Positions 1 through 9,356 of a stretch of 64,000 nucleotides of DNA are shown in pieces. The DNA comes from Acidobacteriota bacterium. Lineage in GTDB: Bacteria > Acidobacteriota > UBA890 > WLXD01. A program made the position numbers and the translations under genes. Each line of letters opens with the position of its first letter. Position 1 is the stretch's first letter. Where the stretch lies: contig CBDBHB010000007.1 in the NCBI GenBank assembly GCA_965205505.1, positions 352,001 through 416,000 of the forward strand, given 5' to 3'. The notes under the pieces were generated by a model. That model was not told the origin of the DNA. It did not search any database and was given only the letters and a program-made list of their open reading frames with translations.

Positions 1-155
1 CGCCAGTACCATGCCGCGACGTCGGCCGGGCGATCACCGCCTTGCAATCGCCGCCGATAGTCTTCGGAGAGATCGTCGAGGATGAACTGCCGGTGCTTCG
101 GCGCCAGCACACGGCGAAGCACGGCCCTGGCAATTCGTGGCGGCTGGGCGCTCAT
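1..155 (-). CDS. N-terminus of an orphan ABC permease (ADOP/FtsX-like); runs off the window edge
   Basis: ATG at 155 overlaps the PadR stop (ATGA). Translation MSAQPPRIARAVLRRVLAPKHRQFILDDLSEDYRRR...AAWYW resembles the prefix of PadR-linked permeases. Confidence 0.7.
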   Translation of the reverse strand, partial: MSAQPPRIARAVLRRVLAPKHRQFILDDLSEDYRRRLQGGDRPADVAAWYW

Positions 156-478
156 TGCGATCCCAGCTCGACGCCGTCCCACATGCGCTGCATGGCCTCA
201 CGGGCATCAGCCAGAGCGCGTTCGCCGTCGGGGCGAATGCGGAAGTGCTTGCGTGCCCGCCCGCCGCGCTCACGAATCGGCTCCGACAGCCAGACCTGCA
301 CATAGCCGCGCCGTTGCAGTCGATCGAGAGCCGCGTACACCGCCGCCATCGACACCGGGCGCTGCGCCCGCGCCTCGATCTCCTCGCGCACGGTGACTCC
401 GTAGGCATCGGTGCCCAGCCGCGCCAGCGACAACAGCACGAACTGTTCGATCTCATTCAGCGATGCGGATCGGCTCAT
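152..478 (-). CDS. PadR family transcriptional regulator
   Basis: EQFVLLSL..AYGVTVREEIE..AVYAALDRL..RGGRARKHF; start placed at MSRSASL (478). Confidence 0.9.
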   Translation of the reverse strand: MSRSASLNEIEQFVLLSLARLGTDAYGVTVREEIEARAQRPVSMAAVYAALDRLQRRGYVQVWLSEPIRERGGRARKHFRIRPDGERALADAREAMQRMWDGVELGSQ

Positions 479-574
479 GAGTCTGAGTACGACCAGGCTT
501 TCTTCTTGTTTCAAGAAAAAACACACGGGCCGATCCGGTCGAGACGTCGCGCGTCGAGTGGTATGAAGGGGTGC

Positions 575-877
575 ATGACGCACCTATCAGAATCGGATCT
601 GGTCAACTTCGGGCGTGACGAGCTGGGCGAACGTAAGAAGGCCCGCATCATCGCCCACTGCAAGGAGTGCCCGCCTTGCGCCGACCGCCTCATCGACGCC
701 GCCCGGGAGCACGCACCAGACCCAGGACCGATCAAGCTATCGCTCTGGAACAAGATCTCGCTGGTCGCCATGGTGGTGGCGCTGATCGCCATCGTGCTCG
801 GGATGTTCTGGTTCTTCCGCCAACTCGGCGACATGGGGCGCATCCCACCGACTATGGAGACCCCGAATGACCCATAA
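575..877 (+). CDS. Small zf-HC2 (anti-sigma-like) membrane protein
   Basis: HLSESDL...AHCKECPPC (HxxxCxxC-like) followed by one TM helix; 100 aa. Confidence 0.65.
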   Translation: MTHLSESDLVNFGRDELGERKKARIIAHCKECPPCADRLIDAAREHAPDPGPIKLSLWNKISLVAMVVALIAIVLGMFWFFRQLGDMGRIPPTMETPNDP

Positions 878-2585
878 GCCCAGTCCTCACTGCTGCAAAG
901 TGATAGCTCTGGCCTCGCTGCTCGGGTTCGTCATCACCACAGCGAGCGTGGCGTTGGCGCCGGCCGCGCTGCCAACCGGGCCCACCGTCGCGGCCAACGG
1001 GATGGTGGCCTCGCCCGAACCGTTCGCCACCGACGTTGGAGTGGCGATTCTCCAGGCAGGCGGGAACGCCTTCGACGCCACGGCAGCGGTGCATTTCGCG
1101 CTCGCGGTGACCTATCCCACTGCTGGCAACATCGGTGGCGGTGGTTTCCTCGTCGGCCTGCCGGCTAACGGGAAGCCGTTCGCGCTCGACTTCCGCGAGG
1201 CAGCGCCGTCGGCAGCCGCCGGCGACATGTATCTCGATGCCGACGGCGAAATGATCGACGGGCTCAGCACGCGCACGCACAAGGCCGTCGGCGTGCCTGG
1301 AAGCGTCGACGGCATGCTCAAGCTAGTGGAGCGCCACGGCAAGTTGAGCCGCCAGCAAGTGCTCGCACCAGTCATTGCCTTGGCGCGCGATGGTTTCCCG
1401 GTTTCGTATCGGCTCAGCAGCAGCCTGCGGCGATCAGACAAGCTGCGCCAGTTTCCGGCCACTGTCGCGGCATTCGGGTTGGATGGAGATGGGCCCTCAA
1501 TGGGTACCGTGCTCGTCCAGTCCGACCTGGCAAGCACTCTGGAGACGGTCTCGCGACAGGGCCGCGCCGGGTTCTATTCGGGACGCGTCGCCGATCTCAT
1601 CGTGGCCGACATGCAGGCTCACGACGGGCTGATTACCCACGCCGACCTGGAGAGCTACAGCGCCGCGTGGCCTGCTCCCCTCGTGTTCACGCATGGCGAC
1701 TACGAGTGGATCACCCACCCAGTGCCGAGCTCGGGCAGCATGACGATCGCACAAATGCTCGGACTGTTGCATGTGCCGACGATGAAGGCGGCCGGCTACC
1801 ACTCCTCGAAAGCAATCGCGATGACCACCGAGGCGCAGCGGCTGGCGTTCGCCGACCGCAATTACTGGCTAGGCGACCCGAGCTTCTTCGACGTCTCGGT
1901 GGCACGCTTGACCTCGTCACGGTACATCGAACGGCGGCGACGCTTGTTGCCGGCAGACGGCCTTGCTGGCGACAGCGACGGCGTCGCCCACGGGCAGGCG
2001 GAGTCCGAAGAGACCATGCACTACACCGTCGTCGACCGGTGGGGCAACGTCGCCGCCGTCACCACGACCCTCAACAGCGGCTACGGCATGGGCGCCGTGG
2101 CCACCGGCGCCGGATTCCTGTGGAACAACCAGATGGACAACTTTTCGGCCAAACCGGGGGTTCCCAACCAGTACGGAATGCTGGGCGCTGAGGCCAACGC
2201 CATCGAGCCCGGCAAGCGCCCGCTGTCGTCGATGACCCCGTCCATCATCCGGCGAGACGGCGAGTTCTTCATGACGATGGGGAGTCCCGGCGGCCCGACG
2301 ATCATCAACACCGTGTTGCAGATCTACCTGAACGTCACCGTCTGGGGCATGGACATCCAGAAAGCCATCGATGCCCAGCGCATCCACAGCCAGTGGTTCC
2401 CGGACGTCATTTACCACGAACGCTTCGCAATCTCCGCCGACACGCAAGCCGAACTCTGGCGAATGGGCTACGAGCTCCGCGAACGCAGCGCCATCGGGAT
2501 GGCCGCCGGCATCATGCGCACGCCGGAGGGCTATCTCGCCGGCCACGCGGACCGTCGTGGCGCCGGGACCGCCAAGGGCTACTAG
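867..2585 (+). CDS. ggt: Gamma-glutamyltransferase
   Basis: Signal peptide, GGNAFDA, GNIGGGGF, DFRE, ETMHYTVVD (catalytic Thr), KRPLSSMTP, GSPGG. Confidence 0.95.
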   Translation: MTHKPSPHCCKVIALASLLGFVITTASVALAPAALPTGPTVAANGMVASPEPFATDVGVAILQAGGNAFDATAAVHFALAVTYPTAGNIGGGGFLVGLPANGKPFALDFREAAPSAAAGDMYLDADGEMIDGLSTRTHKAVGVPGSVDGMLKLVERHGKLSRQQVLAPVIALARDGFPVSYRLSSSLRRSDKLRQFPATVAAFGLDGDGPSMGTVLVQSDLASTLETVSRQGRAGFYSGRVADLIVADMQAHDGLITHADLESYSAAWPAPLVFTHGDYEWITHPVPSSGSMTIAQMLGLLHVPTMKAAGYHSSKAIAMTTEAQRLAFADRNYWLGDPSFFDVSVARLTSSRYIERRRRLLPADGLAGDSDGVAHGQAESEETMHYTVVDRWGNVAAVTTTLNSGYGMGAVATGAGFLWNNQMDNFSAKPGVPNQYGMLGAEANAIEPGKRPLSSMTPSIIRRDGEFFMTMGSPGGPTIINTVLQIYLNVTVWGMDIQKAIDAQRIHSQWFPDVIYHERFAISADTQAELWRMGYELRERSAIGMAAGIMRTPEGYLAGHADRRGAGTAKGY

Positions 2586-2619
2586 CAGGCCGTGGTGAAA
2601 GTGTGGTGGGTCTGGCGAC
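2582..2619. repeat. MITE terminal fragment on the ggt stop codon
   Basis: 38 bp, exact reverse complement of 50269-50306; begins CTAG. Confidence 0.9.
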
Positions 2620-2626
2620 TGAGTCG

Positions 2627-3259
2627 ATGACGAAGCGCGCTTCCGCACCGCGCCTGTCGCGGCGCTTCTTTCGGCGCGACGCGGCGACGCTGGCTCGCGC
2701 TCTGCTCGGACAGCGCCTCGTGAGCGCGGTCGGAGGGGCGAGAACGGCGGGAGTGATCGTCGAGACCGAGGCCTACCTGGGGATTCAGGACAAGGCAGCG
2801 CACACCTACGGCGGCCGGCGGAGCGCCCGCAACGGGAGCATGTGGGGCGATGGCGGCCACGCCTACGTCTACTTCGTCTATGGCATGCACCATTGCGTCA
2901 ACGCGGTCGCCGGGCGCGCTGAGGAACCGATGGGAGTACTGATCCGTGCTCTACACCCGGACGAGGGGTTGTCGCAGATGTACACGCGCCGCCAAAGGGC
3001 GCGCCACGACACCGATCTGTGCTCCGGACCGGCCAAGCTCTGTGAGGCGCTCGGCATCACTCGCCAGCTCGACGGCGTCGATCTGACCGCAGCTGGAGAG
3101 CTGTTCATCGAGCGCCGGCTCGATCGCCCGTTGCCGGAGTCGTCGGTTGTCATGGGGCCGCGCGTCGGTATTGGCTACGCGGAAGAGTGGCAGCGTGAGC
3201 TGTTGCGATTCTTCGTCCACGGAAACCCCCACGTCAGCAGCGGGCCGCGGTCGGAGTAG
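2627..3259 (+). CDS. mpg: DNA-3-methyladenine glycosylase (AAG/MPG family)
   Basis: GVIVETEAYLG, AYVYFVYGMHHCVN, VLIRAL, SGPAKLC, GPRVGI. Confidence 0.93.
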   Translation: MTKRASAPRLSRRFFRRDAATLARALLGQRLVSAVGGARTAGVIVETEAYLGIQDKAAHTYGGRRSARNGSMWGDGGHAYVYFVYGMHHCVNAVAGRAEEPMGVLIRALHPDEGLSQMYTRRQRARHDTDLCSGPAKLCEALGITRQLDGVDLTAAGELFIERRLDRPLPESSVVMGPRVGIGYAEEWQRELLRFFVHGNPHVSSGPRSE

Positions 3260-3290
3260 TTCATTTTGGTGGGTTGACGCTAGCGGCGTG

Positions 3291-4208
3291 CTAGCAGGCC
3301 GACGGTGGAGCGACGATCAGCGCGTGACGGCGCAGCAGCTCGATCTCGATCTCACGCCGAGGCGGCATCGGGTCGCCGTCGACTTGCCAGCGGAACGGCC
3401 GCTTGGCGGTAACCCGATAAGACACGGCGCCGCCGTACTCTGCCACCATCTCCGGCACGCGGCGATGCAGTATCGCGGCGGCGATGGTCCAGAGCACGAA
3501 CCACGGCGCCGAGCGGCGGTTGGCCTGATGGTCGAGGCGCCCGTCTCGGATGTCGGCTCCGGGGGTCATCGCCCAACCGAGCCCGTACGTCTCGGCGTTG
3601 CTGAACACAGCGGAGGGATAGCGTCGAGACAGTACCTTCCCGTCGGCTTCGATGCAGACGCGGTTCGGAATCGCTCTCAGCAGCAACGGTGGAAGGCCAG
3701 CTAGCACGTAGAGAGCACTAGAGCCGCCGTGCCGATAGAGCCACCCGCCGAGACGGGTACGGCGCAGCCGGTCAACGCCGGTAATGGTCCAGCCGTCGTA
3801 TCCGACGCTGACCATGCTCAGGAAGATCAAATCATCGACGCGGCCGACATCGATCGCCAGCGGCTCCCCGGAGGTGAGCAGCGGGATGGAATGCTCGGCG
3901 CGGCGCGGGATATTCAACTCGCGCGCCAGCACATTCGCATTGCCCATCGGCACGAAGCCGACGGGAACCGGTGCGCCATCGAGCCCGGCGACTGCCTCCC
4001 GTACGGTACCGTCGCCACCGACGACGACAATCAGGTCGGCGGTATCGAGACACGCCTGCGCCAGCTCGGTGGCGTGCCCGGCCGCGTTGGTCGGTCGAAC
4101 GCCAACTTCCCAGCCGCGCTCCTCGAGGTGGATCCGGGCCTCGTCTGCGACGCGCATCGGTGCACCCTGGCCGGCGATCGGGTTGACGATGACTTCGGCG
4201 CGCTGCAT
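3291..4208 (-). CDS. Diacylglycerol/lipid kinase family protein
   Basis: IVNPIAG, VGGDGTV, PMGNAN, QVDGD. Confidence 0.9.
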   Translation of the reverse strand: MQRAEVIVNPIAGQGAPMRVADEARIHLEERGWEVGVRPTNAAGHATELAQACLDTADLIVVVGGDGTVREAVAGLDGAPVPVGFVPMGNANVLARELNIPRRAEHSIPLLTSGEPLAIDVGRVDDLIFLSMVSVGYDGWTITGVDRLRRTRLGGWLYRHGGSSALYVLAGLPPLLLRAIPNRVCIEADGKVLSRRYPSAVFSNAETYGLGWAMTPGADIRDGRLDHQANRRSAPWFVLWTIAAAILHRRVPEMVAEYGGAVSYRVTAKRPFRWQVDGDPMPPRREIEIELLRRHALIVAPPSAC

Positions 4209-4219
4209 GTGATGCTTAT

Positions 4220-4249
4220 CAGGCCGTGGTGGAAGTGAGGCCGGCCTGG
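4220..4249. repeat. Degenerate MITE end
   Basis: caggccgtggtggaagtgaggccggcctgg matches the TIR of the 24085-24256 element with 2 mismatches. Confidence 0.75.
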
Positions 4250-4308
4250 TTGCGGCGAGTTGGGGTCACTCCGTGCATACGACTCTTGCGGCTCCCCGAG
4301 GCTATCAA

Positions 4309-4347
4309 GGCAAAGGCCCCGACGCCGTTCGGCGCCGGGGCCCTGCC
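4309..4347 (-). terminator. Probable intrinsic terminator
   Basis: GC hairpin ggccccgacgccg-tt-cggcgccggggcc followed by TTT on the minus strand. Confidence 0.6.
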
Positions 4348-4369
4348 ATAGCTGTTGGTCGGTGACAGT

Positions 4370-4448
4370 GGGATTCCCCGCTAGGGGGCGCGTCCCTCTG
4401 CAGCGCCAATAAACGCTGGAGCCTTCAGCTCTAAAAGAAGGATCTCCC
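4370..4448. ncRNA. Candidate structured RNA (multi-stem junction), unassigned
   Basis: Outer gggat/atctccc stem enclosing cccc-gcta-gggg, cagcg-ccaataaa-cgctg and ccttc-agctctaaaa-gaagg hairpins. Confidence 0.4.
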
Positions 4449-4449
4449 G

Positions 4450-4494
4450 TTACGGGGCTGCCACCTCCGTCAAGCCGTGTTTGTCAGATAACAC
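4450..4494 (-). CDS. Candidate 14-aa small protein MLSDKHGLTEVAAP
   Basis: GTG start just downstream of AAAAGGAGGTGATC (4498-4511), a full complement of the 16S rRNA 3' tail; TAA stop. Confidence 0.45.
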   Translation of the reverse strand: MLSDKHGLTEVAAP

Positions 4495-4718
4495 TTAGAT
4501 CACCTCCTTTTCGAGCGAGTCCGTATCGGCGGATCCCATTACCGCCCGGCTCAATAGGCCGCTCATAGCCTCGACCGAACCGTCACGCGTATCCCTCCGG
4601 AAACCGTGAGAAACCTTTTGCCGAGCAGCCCGATTCGGTACCGCGACTGCCCCAGGCGCTCGAATCAATGAGCGCCCAGCTGGATCGTAGCATGCGATCC
4701 GTTGTTCACTACCGGTCG

Positions 4719-6260
4719 ATGTCTGAGCCTTCGAACGTCCAGTGGGGCGCGGTGCTGGTCATGGCCGTGTTCTACGTGCTGATCTTCGCGGTGGGCCTCT
4801 ACGCCGCCCGCCGCAAATCACACGGTACCGCTGAGGACATGTTGCTCGCCGGGCGGGCCCTGCCGATCTGGATCGGCGTGTTGACCATGTCGGCAACTTG
4901 GGTCGGCGGCGGCTACATCAACGGATCGGCCGAGGCCGCCTACTCGAGCGGGCTGGTATGGGTGCAGGCGCCGTGGGGCTATTCGCTCAGCATGGTGGTC
5001 GGCGGTCTGTTCTTCGCGCCCATCATGCGGCGCCACGGTTTCACCACCATGCTCGACCCGCTGCACCAGCGCTTTGGACGGCGCATGGCGGCGCTCCTGT
5101 ATCTACCGGCATTGACCGGTGAGATCTTCTGGAGCGCGGCCATCCTCACGGCGCTGGGAACGACATTCGGAACCGTGCTGAATCTCGACTTCACCGTGTC
5201 GATTCTGCTGTCAGCCGCCGTCGCGGTCGGCTACACGCTCATCGGGGGGCTCTGGGCCGTAGCGCTGACCGATGTCGTGCAGCTTCTGTTGCTCGTCGTC
5301 GGCCTGTGGCTCGTGGCGCCGATCGCCGCCGAGGCGCTTGGCGGCATCGACCAGGCGTGGGCAACGTACGTCGATCGCATGGGGCCGGCGGCGTCCGTCA
5401 TCCCTGCTTGGGGATCGTGGCGCGATCCGGCATGGGGGAACTCGTACTGGAGCTGGTGGGACTCGATGCTCATGCTGATCTTCGGCGGCCTGCCGTGGCA
5501 CGGCTATTTCCAGCGCGTGCTGGCGATGCGCGACGCTGCCGCGGCGCGCACGGCGTCGCTGATCGGGGCAGCCGTGTGTGTGATCGCAGCGATTCCCGCC
5601 GTGCTGATCGGCATCGTCGGCGCAGGAGTCGACTGGGAGGCACTCGGAGTCCCGACACCGGAACCGGCGCTGATCCTTCCGTGGGTATTGCGCTATCTGA
5701 CCGATCCGTGGGTCGCTGCGCTGGGGCTCGGAGCGCTCGCTGCCGCGGTCATGTCGTCGGTCGACTCGTCGATCCTGTCGGCGTCATCCATGGGTGCCTG
5801 GAACGTCTACCGGCCGCTTTGGAAGCCCAACGTATCGGCCGATCAGCTCACCCGCGTGATCCGACGCACCATCGTGCTGGTGGGCGTATCGGCGACGATC
5901 CTGGCGCTGCGGGTACAGAGTGTCTACGCGCTTTGGTACCTGTCGAGCGATTTCGTCTACTGCATCCTGTTCCCGCAGCTTCTGGTGGCGCTTTACGATC
6001 GGCGAGCCAACCGCATCGGGTCGATGGCTGGATTCGTGGTCTCGTTCATCATGCGTTTCGGCGGTGGCGAGCCCCTCTTCGGTCTTCCGGCCCTGTTGCC
6101 CTACCCGATGATCGACGCCAGCGGTGTGGTGCTGTTCCCGTTCAAGACCCTTGCGATGCTGTGCGGGCTGCTGACGATCGTCGTGGTTTCGCGGCTCACG
6201 CTCGCTCGCGCCGCGCCGCGAGCGCTCGCCGCGCCGCAATCTGGGTCAGATAAACACTGA
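4719..6260 (+). CDS. Sodium:solute symporter, high-affinity choline transporter (SLC5A7/CHT1)-like
   Basis: ATWVGGGYINGSAE, QAPWGYSLS..GGLFFA..MR..G.TTMLDP and AAVMSSVDSSILSASS match the CHT1 subfamily. Confidence 0.85.
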   Translation: MSEPSNVQWGAVLVMAVFYVLIFAVGLYAARRKSHGTAEDMLLAGRALPIWIGVLTMSATWVGGGYINGSAEAAYSSGLVWVQAPWGYSLSMVVGGLFFAPIMRRHGFTTMLDPLHQRFGRRMAALLYLPALTGEIFWSAAILTALGTTFGTVLNLDFTVSILLSAAVAVGYTLIGGLWAVALTDVVQLLLLVVGLWLVAPIAAEALGGIDQAWATYVDRMGPAASVIPAWGSWRDPAWGNSYWSWWDSMLMLIFGGLPWHGYFQRVLAMRDAAAARTASLIGAAVCVIAAIPAVLIGIVGAGVDWEALGVPTPEPALILPWVLRYLTDPWVAALGLGALAAAVMSSVDSSILSASSMGAWNVYRPLWKPNVSADQLTRVIRRTIVLVGVSATILALRVQSVYALWYLSSDFVYCILFPQLLVALYDRRANRIGSMAGFVVSFIMRFGGGEPLFGLPALLPYPMIDASGVVLFPFKTLAMLCGLLTIVVVSRLTLARAAPRALAAPQSGSDKH

Positions 6261-6915
6261 CGGCCGCGTAGAACGCCACGTACGACAGCGACAGCCAAAA
6301 CAGCCAGCGCGCCGGATCGGGATACTGGATCAGCATCGCCACCACGCTGGCGCCCCAGATCATCGTGACCGACATCGTGAGCGTGCGCATCTCGAGCATG
6401 CGCGACGGGTAGGCCCACTTCAGGGGCACGAAGACACCGACGCACAAGATCGCCAGAATGGCCATGTTGGCACGCCCGTCGACGCGCGCGAAAAACAAGT
6501 AAAACACGGCCACGTTCCAGAACGACGGGAAGCCCTTGAAGAAGTGATCGCTAGTCTTGGCACCGGCCTGGCAGAACTGATACGCCGACGCGAGCAAGAT
6601 CGCGACGGCCATCGGTAGGCCGAGCGCCACCGGCACGAGCTCCATTCTCCATACGAAGTAGGCAGGCACCACGGCGTAGTTCAAGTAGTCGAGCGTGGCG
6701 TCGAGCAACGTCCCGTCGAAGCCGGGCAGGACTTTCTTCACGCCAACGGCGCGCGCCAGCATGCCGTCGAACGAGTCGACGGTCATCGCCACCACCATCC
6801 ATAGCAACGCCCAGCGCGCATCGTCACGCGCCACCGAGTCGAGCGCCAGCACACCCCAGATCGCACCGCTGGCGGTCAGCAAGTGGACTGCCCAGGCTGC
6901 AATCGTCCGTCTCAT
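6196..6915 (-). CDS. pcs: Phosphatidylcholine synthase (CDP-alcohol phosphatidyltransferase)
   Basis: AWAVHLLTASG, DSFDGMLAR, FDGTLLD..DYLNY, DHFFKGFPSFWN; 3' end overlaps the convergent symporter. Confidence 0.85.
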   Translation of the reverse strand: MRRTIAAWAVHLLTASGAIWGVLALDSVARDDARWALLWMVVAMTVDSFDGMLARAVGVKKVLPGFDGTLLDATLDYLNYAVVPAYFVWRMELVPVALGLPMAVAILLASAYQFCQAGAKTSDHFFKGFPSFWNVAVFYLFFARVDGRANMAILAILCVGVFVPLKWAYPSRMLEMRTLTMSVTMIWGASVVAMLIQYPDPARWLFWLSLSYVAFYAAVSVYLTQIAARRALAARRERA

Positions 6916-6973
6916 CTCAACTGCGAACATATCAGAGCTGGCGGCGGATTCGCTCGCCAGGGCTCCACCCGCG

Positions 6974-8278
6974 TCAACGCTCTGGCAGGCGTAGATCCAG
7001 CCAGACCAGGTGATGGTCCGAGGCTTCTTCCGCCAGGCGGGCTCCTTCGGCATCGGTCTCGGCCGACGGCCAGAAGACGCCGCCGTCGACCACCTCGAGC
7101 CCGGTCGAGGGCAGCAGGTAGTCGATGCGAGCGCCTTGGCCGCCAAAGGCCGTCGTAGCGTCGGGGCGTTCGGCGGGCGCACCGTCGCTCAACAGCACAG
7201 CCGGGTCCTGGATGCGCACATGGTCCAGCAGTTGGCGCATCGCCGCAATGCCGTCGTAGACCGATTCGGTGTCGTCCGGCCTGGCGTTGAGGTCGCCGGC
7301 AACCACGAACGACTCCTCACTGCCATAGCCGCCGGAGCGGCCCCGATCGTCGACGATCCACTCCGCCCCGTCGAGGTAGTCGGCCCAGATACGGATCTCG
7401 TCCCAGTTGCGACGCCCGTTGTGGTCCTCCTCGGCGTCGAACACCGGCGGGGTCGGGTGAGAAAGCAGCAGGTGGAGGCGTATTCCGTCGACAACGAGCG
7501 GGACATCCTGGTGCGACTTGCTCGATAGCCGGAACACCTCCAACACCTCGTCCGAGTAGAAGCCGGAGGGGATATGGTTGTCTGGCATGCTCCGCCAGAG
7601 AAGCTTGCGGAAGGTGCGTACCGCACCTTCGTCGATCGGGTAGCGCGCCAAGACCGCCATCGAATATTGGCCCGGGTACTCACCATAGCCGAAAACATCG
7701 TTGCCGTAGATGCGCTCACCGCGGTCAGCTTCGGTGGCGACGCGGCCGTCCCCGTCGAGGTCCATACCCGAGAGGATGCCGGTGTTGCTGGGCGCCGCCC
7801 AGGCATGCTTGTATTCGAGCGGTGCGCCGCCGGTCGCTAGGTAGTTGTCGGCAAACCGGCGCGCGTTGAGCGCGTAACCACCTTCGGCGAGCGAGTCGTA
7901 GTCGTGGTCGATCTCGTTGATCACGAGCACGTCCGGCCGCACGCGCTGAATGATCTCCGCCGCGGCGCGCGCCTGCGCGTCGTTCCGCCGGCCCTCGGCA
8001 TCGACCGCGGTGATCTTGGCGGTCGACAACTCCCAAATATTGAACACCGCCAGTCGGACCGAGGGCGCCGACGCCGCAGACCCGGTGGAAGGACCAGCCG
8101 GTTCGCCAGCTGCGGATGTCGCCGGCACTTGCTTCTCGGGCGCACAGGCCGAGCCGGCGGCCAACCCCAGGACAAGTGCCATCGCTACCAGAGGTAGCGG
8201 CGCGGTGTCCCTGTGCCACAGGAGTACCGCTACGCTAGTCCAGCCCTTCACGCGCATCAAAAACGTCTCGTTCGCCAT
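6974..8278 (-). CDS. Exported endonuclease/exonuclease/phosphatase (EEP) family protein
   Basis: FNIWEL, RPDVLVINEID, SHPTPPVFD, AGDLNA, RIDYLLPS, ASDHHLVW; lipobox-like GSAC; start uncertain. Confidence 0.88.
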   Translation of the reverse strand: MANETFLMRVKGWTSVAVLLWHRDTAPLPLVAMALVLGLAAGSACAPEKQVPATSAAGEPAGPSTGSAASAPSVRLAVFNIWELSTAKITAVDAEGRRNDAQARAAAEIIQRVRPDVLVINEIDHDYDSLAEGGYALNARRFADNYLATGGAPLEYKHAWAAPSNTGILSGMDLDGDGRVATEADRGERIYGNDVFGYGEYPGQYSMAVLARYPIDEGAVRTFRKLLWRSMPDNHIPSGFYSDEVLEVFRLSSKSHQDVPLVVDGIRLHLLLSHPTPPVFDAEEDHNGRRNWDEIRIWADYLDGAEWIVDDRGRSGGYGSEESFVVAGDLNARPDDTESVYDGIAAMRQLLDHVRIQDPAVLLSDGAPAERPDATTAFGGQGARIDYLLPSTGLEVVDGGVFWPSAETDAEGARLAEEASDHHLVWLDLRLPER

Positions 8279-8308
8279 GGGTACGTCCGTATCCGTCCGG
8301 ACCCATCA

Positions 8309-8330
8309 GAGTTCTTCAGCACCCTGCTAG
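8309..8330. repeat. MITE/IS-end-like scar on the PAP2 stop codon
   Basis: gagttcttcagcaccctgctag ends in CCTGCTAG like the MITE terminus. Confidence 0.45.
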
Positions 8331-9292
8331 AACACCACTACCATCACCATGCCGCGCTGGCCCCGAGGGTCGACAGCCGGAACCAGGGTCCAACGACGCT
8401 CGCCCAGAGGCTCACCCGCGGAGCGAACGACCGATCGACCGGTGATGAACCCCACCGCGGCACCGGCGACGACGTCGCTGAGGAAGTGACTGCCACGGTG
8501 GATGCGTGATCCCGCCACCAAGGTGGCGAAAGCGTACATCGGCAAGCCGAGCTTCTTGCCGAAGTGGTGATCGATCACCGTCGCCCAAGTGAAGGCGTTC
8601 GAGGTGTGGCCGGAAGGGAACGATTTGTTGTCGGCACCATTCGGACGCGTTCGGTCGATCGTCATCTTGAGCGCCTCGGTGTACAGCAAGTTCACTGCCG
8701 TGGCGGTGAAGAGGTCGTAGCTGGCGTCGCGAAACCTGCCGGCGCTCGCGGCGCGCCCGCCGAGCAACAGCCCGGTTGCCGCGGCCGCCACGAAGACCGG
8801 ATTGCCGAAACCGTTGCCGAGCTCGCCGAAGTCGCTGTTGGCGCCGTCAGGAAACGCCACGTGATCGTCGAACCCACGAGCGGCGCCCGTGGCGGCGAGA
8901 CCAACCAGCACCGGCAGGAGGCTGTCGAGCGAGAACACCCCGCCGATGCCGCGCGCAACGTTCTGCGGCAGCCGCGCCAGCGTGCAGCGGCCATCGCCGG
9001 CGACACGATCGGCGTCGTCGGGTTCCTGGCGCAGCGGACGTCGAGCCTCGGGCGTGGTGTCGGGCTTTTCCTGGCGCCCGGTCGGAGCGGGATGCTGGGC
9101 CCACACGGGAGTTGCAACCGACGCGGCGAGGATCACCGCACCGACGATGAGCAGGCGCCCAAACTGCCTGTCGCCTCGCGCCGTCACGACGATTGCGAGC
9201 CGCGACGATCTCTTCTTCACACGCACCTCAACGGGTAGTCCAAGACCGTCCAGCAACCTTACACTGAGCGATTCTGGCACCTTACCCGGCAC
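8327..9292 (-). CDS. PAP2 family phosphatase
   Basis: K..IDRTRP, SFPSGHT, SRIHRGSHFLSDVVAG; start uncertain. Confidence 0.88.
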   Translation of the reverse strand: MPGKVPESLSVRLLDGLGLPVEVRVKKRSSRLAIVVTARGDRQFGRLLIVGAVILAASVATPVWAQHPAPTGRQEKPDTTPEARRPLRQEPDDADRVAGDGRCTLARLPQNVARGIGGVFSLDSLLPVLVGLAATGAARGFDDHVAFPDGANSDFGELGNGFGNPVFVAAAATGLLLGGRAASAGRFRDASYDLFTATAVNLLYTEALKMTIDRTRPNGADNKSFPSGHTSNAFTWATVIDHHFGKKLGLPMYAFATLVAGSRIHRGSHFLSDVVAGAAVGFITGRSVVRSAGEPLGERRWTLVPAVDPRGQRGMVMVVVF

Positions 9293-9356
9293 GCGTCGAC
9301 ACCTCCCGGCGCGCGCCCTGGCGGCGCCCCGCTACGGCGGCTAGTGATCAGGAGCC

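Noticed and set aside
4498-4511. GATCACCTCCTTT as the 3' end of a 16S rRNA gene
   Set aside because: No other 16S sequence upstream; better read as a minus-strand SD.
4300-4620. tmRNA, 6S, RNase P or SRP RNA
   Set aside because: No tRNA-like ends or other hallmark motifs recognised; left unassigned.
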